Below, in pieces: positions 7,201 through 10,991 of a DNA stretch of 10,991 nucleotides. Position numbers and translations under genes: made by a program. Source of the DNA: Chthonomonadales bacterium (lineage in GTDB: Bacteria > Armatimonadota > Chthonomonadetes > Chthonomonadales > Chthonomonadaceae); the NCBI GenBank assembly GCA_038217285.1, contig JBBQPO010000209.1, forward strand, positions 1-10,991, given 5' to 3'. Position 1 is the first letter of the stretch. Every line of letters starts with the position of its first letter. The notes under the pieces are model-generated. The model ran no database searches. It was not told the origin of the DNA and saw only the letters and a list, made by a program, of their open reading frames with translations.

Positions 7201-7970
7201 GACTGCCGGATACACTCAGCCTCTACGACGTGACCGATGGTAAGCTTATCGCCGATGAGACCAGGGAGTACCGCTTCTTCCTGAAAAGTGGCGCCACCCA
7301 TACCTTTTGTGTCGGTGGTGCGGATCGATTTCAGGCCCTGGACTTACCGAACTACACGATGCCAGGCAATGGACGCGCACGAATCGTCCTGAACGTCGGC
7401 CCGGCGCCGCGCACTCCGGAGCCGACACGGGCCGAAAGACCGGAACGCGCCGAGCGTCCCGAGCCGCGACCGGCTCGAGAGCCCCGGCCGTTCAATCTGC
7501 CTCCTCCGCCTCCCCTGCCCTTCTCGCCTTCCGAGGAGGAGCGCCGTCAGGCCGTCGAAACACTGCGCGCGATTATCGCCGCAGACCCGGTCGAGATCGA
7601 GGCCGTAACGTTGAGCGCAGAGGTAGAGCTTGCGTCGATTGATCTTAACGATACAACCATACAACTGCCCGCGAATGGAAATGCTTCTTCGCTTCTGGAG
7701 TTGGAGACCGATGCCGCCGGCAACGGGCGAAGGCGGCGGCGGCGTGGAGGACGAGGACGGGGTCGGACTCGCTTGCCGGATGGAACGGAGGCCCCGCTGG
7801 ACGACGATGAGACTGGTCCTGATGGACCGTCTGATGCCGAACGGAACGACGTTTCCCCGGCGGATCACTCTGCTGTCTCTTCTGCTACAAAGACGGTCGA
7901 AGAAAAAGCGGAGCCTGTAATCTCGCTGGCAGAGCCGTTCCAGTTCCACGACGAATCGGAGCCGGATTAG
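4263..7970 (+). CDS. GH42-like (clan GH-A, beta-galactosidase-like) glycoside hydrolase with long Arg-patch/acidic disordered N- and C-terminal arms, 1235 aa
   Basis: aa ~320-1020 look globular, with the GH42-type motif FRDWLRARY..NL..LRGAW, candidate acid/base GYHLERGE485W, candidate nucleophile GKLWLTE655DDT, and a trimerisation/GATase-like segment (VVVLVDE...LQRAGISYGLYL..DL....KLYLF). aa 1-320 and ~1040-1235 are P/A/E/T/R-rich low-complexity sequence. No signal peptide. Promoter and SD are present. Substrate unknown. Confidence 0.8.
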   Translation: MSNDELLPGSETPPVAEEAVRSAQEPSEAVAPPVAPTRRRRSKSPGTDAATVSDPSVTEVPPRATRSRRKPTPQTPDDPPPAPAAELPAATAGDSAPEKPAPRRRRVAAKAETPVVDAPSNLPAEAETPVEEKPRTRSRRRTRADEETPAPELEPKAAAAEAVQTAPDAVEAVSTDKPARGPRSRPRRKSESPAENVPPEPATVAEPAPSAETPTADAVETETLAPERPRRRRSSRSRRRGASGEDETGTVEAEMEVNVEAPPVKPASDALDTVPDALPARTRRRGGRGRRTGADEADTVVSQVAAEPEPVAVPEPVEVPIDRTVGTHLISRNGLPEIHIDGVVKAPLLFFGNMDSPKNSQRVLSEVRRAAAAGIHLHSTLVDLPCPLSDSSHALQEIDERLRAVLEADPDGYVMPRIVFVPARGWKREYPTDIATYADGTTGDPSLTSARFWQEAERSLSTLISHLSEYSWGRRVFGYHLERGEWFQSADQGFDRSVANRDAFRDWLRARYNDNLVGLRGAWYDGEVQFHTAEIPPLPTRSNPQRAFFETRRERRVIDFYEFTSESTAQRLIALSKAIKKAAGHQALVSVCYGYTLEFGHGFSGHLALGLLETAPTVDLICGPPSYRDRTATGAASLPAPVDSPPLHGKLWLTEDDTKTYLAPVQQDPDDFNPRLEDRFATEQAMARMHGKTLAHGTGLGFMDLWGEGWLDDESLWEQIGKFASQYTTFQTRREYPRVPEVVVLVDERSLLHVQRGEPFFRRLTNGLRDTLQRAGISYGLYLQSDLTAENFPTDAKLYLFLTPYRLPVEQRDAIKEKLQNGGKTLAWLYAPGSCEERPSIGGILEDGTNGTVGMTLRPQEWNSEIGSRLLEPRHPLLERLTGRELGTRERLNPSYYVADEGAKVLAEYQGSGLPSIAVKENAGWKSVFIGEPVLPLELLRGICHYAGVHLWTPQGDDVVSVGGGWVTVHAARDGQRTLRLPDTLSLYDVTDGKLIADETREYRFFLKSGATHTFCVGGADRFQALDLPNYTMPGNGRARIVLNVGPAPRTPEPTRAERPERAERPEPRPAREPRPFNLPPPPPLPFSPSEEERRQAVETLRAIIAADPVEIEAVTLSAEVELASIDLNDTTIQLPANGNASSLLELETDAAGNGRRRRRRGGRGRGRTRLPDGTEAPLDDDETGPDGPSDAERNDVSPADHSAVSSATKTVEEKAEPVISLAEPFQFHDESEPD

Positions 7971-8045
7971 CGCCGGTCGGGTACTTGTCGCGCCAGGTCA
8001 ATTCGGGTCTTCGGCGAGGCTGTGCTGTCCGGTTGGGAGACAACC

Positions 8046-8279
8046 GTGTCGAAACCTGCCCCCACGATGAAAGAGATGCGGGCCTTCAAGATCGGTGCCA
8101 GAGCGCGCAAGTTCGCCCTCGAAGACTGCGCGATTGAAGGCTATGAAGTGCTGCTGACCGCGATTGCCGAAGCCAAAGTCTCCGACGCCGAACTCTATCC
8201 CCTTCTCCAGGCGGAACTGGAGAAGTATGAACGGCGTCTGGATGCCATCAATGCTGTCGAAAACGCGTCGGAACCGTAG
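8046..8279 (+). CDS. Small alpha-helical hypothetical protein (~77 aa)
   Basis: GGGAGA (8035-8040) lies 5 nt before the GTG at 8046, so this start is preferred over the track's 8022. GC3-rich codons, an amphipathic pattern (YEVLLTAIAEAK; LYPLLQAELEKYERRLDAI), and it fills the gap between two same-strand genes. Confidence 0.7.
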   Translation: MSKPAPTMKEMRAFKIGARARKFALEDCAIEGYEVLLTAIAEAKVSDAELYPLLQAELEKYERRLDAINAVENASEP

Positions 8280-8316
8280 TAGTCGTTGAACCCGATTCAG
8301 AGAAAGGACCCTTCCC

Positions 8317-9174
8317 ATGCGATTCTATCGTCAGGTAGCCCTGGGCCTCGCGCTTGCAACCCTCACGCTCTCCGCTCGGATCGGCCCGGCGCTCGCCGAT
8401 CCGCCGACCGTGCTGAAGAGCAGCCTTAAGCCGGAGGTGGCCACCCTTCTAAAACAGGCCACGGACGTCTACAAAAAGATGAAGTCTTATCGGCACACGG
8501 CGCTCTTTGTAATCGAGGGCAAAAACCCGACGACCGGCGAAACCGTCAAACGAGAAACCCGGTTTACCCTGGCGCTGGAGCGCCCGAACAAGTTCGCCTA
8601 CAAGAACGACTCGCACCCGGTGAGCGCCGCCGTCTCCGATGGGAAGACGTTTATAAATTTCCGAGGCAGTGACATCGCCCAGTACACCAAGCAGACCGCC
8701 CCGGCGGATTTCAAGGGCATCAACATCGTCGATGACGTCACTTTCGATCCGCTGGCCACTTACGTGATTGCGCTGATGCTGCAAGGAGACGTGCTGGCCG
8801 ATAAGGACGTGCGGCTCGCCCTGGAACGAGCGACGCTCAAACCGGGGACCGTTACGGAAAACGGCAAGAAATGGCAGATTGTGTCGATGCCCTTCGGGCA
8901 GCAAGACCCGACGGAGATCTATTTCAATGCGGAAGATCATCTGATCGGGAAAGCCGTCCAGCGAATCGCGCAGTTCGATGTCAAAATCGTGGAAACGTAT
9001 GTGGACGTCTCCATCAACAAGCCGATCAATGCCGCCGTCTTTCAGTACACGCCGCCGGAAACCGCGAAACGGATCGAGAAGTTCGTTCCCGTTCAGAAGC
9101 CCAACGATGCGCGAAACATGCCACGCCACCACGCCAGTCCAGTCCTGACCAATCTACCCGGAAATCGACGCTAA
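8317..9174 (+). CDS. Secreted LolA-like / DUF2092-type protein, 285 aa
   Basis: SD AAAGGA at 8303-8308. Sec signal peptide with an A-L-A|D site at aa 27/28. LolA-fold-type motifs: LERPNKF, AVSDGKTF, YTKQTAP, YFNAEDHLI and INKPINAAVFQYTPPETAK. Confidence 0.78.
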   Translation: MRFYRQVALGLALATLTLSARIGPALADPPTVLKSSLKPEVATLLKQATDVYKKMKSYRHTALFVIEGKNPTTGETVKRETRFTLALERPNKFAYKNDSHPVSAAVSDGKTFINFRGSDIAQYTKQTAPADFKGINIVDDVTFDPLATYVIALMLQGDVLADKDVRLALERATLKPGTVTENGKKWQIVSMPFGQQDPTEIYFNAEDHLIGKAVQRIAQFDVKIVETYVDVSINKPINAAVFQYTPPETAKRIEKFVPVQKPNDARNMPRHHASPVLTNLPGNRR

Positions 9175-9243
9175 GCGGGCATCTGCTGAACGTTTGTAGT
9201 TTTTCGAGATCAGCGTAAGGGCGATTTCGACTAAAGTTGACCG

Positions 9244-9296
9244 TGTCAAACGCCGTGCAAAAGTGAGCCATTTACCTTGTAAAGAATTGGCCCTTT
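9244..9296 (+). mobile_element. IS21-family-like terminal sequence facing right (no transposase in window)
   Basis: Begins TGTCAAACGCCGTGCAAAAGTGAGCCATTT, matching my recollection of IS21-type ends (TGT..., then AAAA.TGA.CCA). A degenerate second copy lies 24 bp inward (AAAGTGAGCCAT at 9260 vs GAATTGGCCCTT at 9284, 7/12 identical). It is close to the drop in GC. Confidence 0.5.
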
Positions 9297-9503
9297 GTGG
9301 AACTTTCACGTCCGGTCGAAGCTATAATCCGGCAGCGAACTTCGTTGAGCAGGATAGGACGACGAATACGGCAACCCATGATATTAGAAATCCCGCCAAG
9401 CAGTAACCTGCTTTCACCGGAAACTGAGGTCCTACCTGCCCTCGATCTCAAGGCCGCAAGTGGTCCCATCTGTCATAACAAGACTTCACTGCGCCACCAG
9501 TCC

Positions 9504-9745
9504 TCAAAATCCGTTAGGAGGCACGACTGGTTGGCCGGACATGTCATCATCGGCGTAGCCTTCGAGTAGGGTAGCCATTGTCCGTAACGCTACTCCTGCG
9601 AGCGCTTTCGTCGCCGCGATGCTGCCAGCTCGCCCAGAGGCACTAATCTCCATATCGTAACATATCTTACCTGCTCCGGTTTCGTCTGCTATGGCCCAAG
9701 GTAACATAACCTGTGCGGAGTTGTACGCCGTTTTAGCTACCCATT
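9504..9745 (-). pseudogene. Probable 3' remnant of a hypothetical gene interrupted by the IS66 element
   Basis: One minus-strand frame is open for ~80 codons from the IS end to the TGA at 9504 (WVAKTAYNSAQVMLPWAIADE...ALAGVALRTMATLLEGYADDD...). The other two minus frames stop within 4 codons of the junction. No family recognised. Confidence 0.35.
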
Positions 9746-10991
9746 GTATCACCTCAATAAGTCGCGGGACGTGATCAGTCCGCTTCCCAGGATGCTCCCA
9801 GGTTGAGTTGCGCGGCACGCTCGTGGATGAGGGCAGCCAGGGGAGGAACCTCCCCGCCCTTACTCAAGCGGTCTTTGAGATAGTGGTAGAAGTTGACCCC
9901 CAACTTCGCCGCAGTCCCCGAGAGCGTCATGAAGGTATCCCAGCAGTTCTTGCCCAAATCACTGCGCGGGCCGAAACTCACATCCCGTTTGCGAACCCGC
10001 TTGCGGGCAGCCAACTCTGCCGCATTGTTGTGCAACGGAATTTCCGGATGCAAGAGAACCATCAGCAGTTCGTCTTTGTGTGCACGGGTCTTCTGGATAC
10101 GGTTGTCGAGGGCATCATAGCCGCTCACGCTTGCAAACAGCGTGTCGAATTTGCTCTCCAGGCGCCTCGCTTCCACAGCGCTCGGAGCCTTCTGGTAGGC
10201 GAGCAACTCTTTGTAGAAGTCCCAGTAATCCTTCTGGAAGTCCGCAAGCAGGTTGGCGTGGGGGGACAATCGCGGCATTAACTTGGCATAGTGGCGTCCG
10301 TCATGGATCCAACACAGCGCTCGCTCCAAGGTCAGCCAGACAAACTGACCCGCCCCGTCGCAGACCAAAAGTTGCAGAGCCGCAAACTCCTGCTGTGCCT
10401 GGTAAGCCGCAATCGCCATTCCTTCTTGGATCGTGGTGATCTGCCTGGGCTTGAAGTGGGGCAGAAACTCCGTCAGAAGAAGGAGGAGAACCTCTCCAGA
10501 CATCGGCGTCTCTTGAGGCAGTTGCAGCAGGCGTTTGCGGTCGGGCTTAGAAAGAGCCTGGATCTGCATGTAAGCCAGAGCCGCGCTATTGCACAGATAC
10601 GTCAGCGCCTTGCCGCCGCACAGAGCCGAGAGAACGGCCTGACGATCCTTGCGAGGAGCGGTATGGTAGAAACTGAAGAGCGGGTTGCCCAGAACATGAC
10701 AGTGCTCGTTCCTGCCGTTGACGCGCGTAGAAGTGTCGTCGATGTTGGCCCAGGGAGCGCAAGAGAGCCCCGAGAGAAGCACTTCTTGACTCTCTTGGTG
10801 GAACGCTTCCTGTCCCTCGACCAGGAGGCGGTTGACCTGTCCGGTAGAGATATTCACTCCGGCACAGGTGAGCAAGGAGTGGATAGCGGCCTGGCTCATG
10901 TTTCCGGCGTACCCCAGCCATAGAGACAGGGATTTGAGGTTAGGTCCGAAGTGAGTGTCGTAGCCTTCGGGCAAGGGAGCGAGATAGGTCT
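9746..10991 (-). mobile_element. IS66-family insertion sequence, right-hand part (left end outside window)
   Basis: Contains an IS66-type transposase. 29 bp past its stop the minus strand ends ...CTTATTGAGGTGATAC, i.e. a GTA-starting terminus (GTATCACCTCAATAAG, + 9746-9761) resembling IS66 ends. Confidence 0.8.
9775..10989 (-). CDS. IS66-family DDE transposase (TnpC-like), 5'-partial
   Basis: The frame is open to the window edge (TYLAPLPEGY..HFGP.LK). Motifs: NIDDTS (D), LVCDGAGQF (D), ALCWIHDGRHY, PEIPLHNNAAELAAR (E), RKRDVSFGPRS..G, TAAKLGVNFYHYLKDRL. No internal stop or frameshift in the visible part. Confidence 0.92.
   Translation of the reverse strand, partial: TYLAPLPEGYDTHFGPNLKSLSLWLGYAGNMSQAAIHSLLTCAGVNISTGQVNRLLVEGQEAFHQESQEVLLSGLSCAPWANIDDTSTRVNGRNEHCHVLGNPLFSFYHTAPRKDRQAVLSALCGGKALTYLCNSAALAYMQIQALSKPDRKRLLQLPQETPMSGEVLLLLLTEFLPHFKPRQITTIQEGMAIAAYQAQQEFAALQLLVCDGAGQFVWLTLERALCWIHDGRHYAKLMPRLSPHANLLADFQKDYWDFYKELLAYQKAPSAVEARRLESKFDTLFASVSGYDALDNRIQKTRAHKDELLMVLLHPEIPLHNNAAELAARKRVRKRDVSFGPRSDLGKNCWDTFMTLSGTAAKLGVNFYHYLKDRLSKGGEVPPLAALIHERAAQLNLGASWEAD

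Noticed and set aside
4351-9132. Alternative ORFs over the + cluster (4481-5233, 5166-6080, 6375-6887, 7344-7949, 7998-8318, 8449-9132 and others)
   Set aside because: They are shadow ORFs; the + strand genes have SD sites, family motifs and coherent codon usage.
9175-9243. Terminator after the LolA-like gene (GCTGA...TCAGC with a T-run)
   Set aside because: Only a 5-bp stem around a ~20-nt loop, and the T-run is inside the loop rather than after the stem.
9295-9328. TATAAT at 9323-9328 with GGAACTT upstream
   Set aside because: No sigma70 -35 at 16-18 bp, no sigmaE-type -10 for GGAACTT, and the downstream ORF (9297-9569) is unconvincing.
9473-9519. Possible integron attC site (TCATAAC ... 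GTTAGGA, 6/7 complementary)
   Set aside because: Only 47 bp, shorter than known attC sites. The would-be L boxes (TTCACTGC vs GTCCTCA) do not pair, and there is no second site or integrase in the window.
9272-9569. Short ORFs 9272-9469 (-) and 9297-9569 (+)
   Set aside because: They overlap each other and the putative transposon end, lack clear SD sequences, and show no recognisable motifs.
9808-10923. ORFs antisense to or overlapping the transposase
   Set aside because: Shadows of the IS66 transposase with no independent support.
1-10991. CRISPR array, tRNA or rRNA
   Set aside because: By eye I found no regularly spaced direct repeats and no tRNA or rRNA signatures in the non-coding intervals.

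Overview
High-GC bacterial DNA with a core-like part (1-9243) and a lower-GC mobile part (9244-10991). In order: (1) the 3' part of a GlcD-type FAD-linked oxidase (+), ending at a 16-bp perfect hairpin; (2) a convergent nfeD/yqiJ-like plus flotillin/SPFH (yqiK/floT-like) operon (-); (3) a 305-bp divergent intergenic region with a near-consensus sigma70 promoter whose -10 box also reads as a -10 box on the other strand, plus a possible structured leader RNA; (4) a + strand cluster encoding a 1235-aa protein, a ~77-aa helical hypothetical protein and a secreted LolA/DUF2092-like protein; (5) an IS21-like terminus at 9244, a probable interrupted ORF and the right-hand part of an IS66-family element. 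The most unusual feature is the 1235-aa protein: a GH42-like (clan GH-A) glycosidase core with no signal peptide, flanked on both sides by long disordered arms of alternating Arg-rich and acidic blocks with RRR(RRR)GGRGR motifs, like the scaffold regions of RNase E or Rho. The gene style suggests Armatimonadota, which is an unverified inference. All family calls come from motif recognition; no database searches were run.
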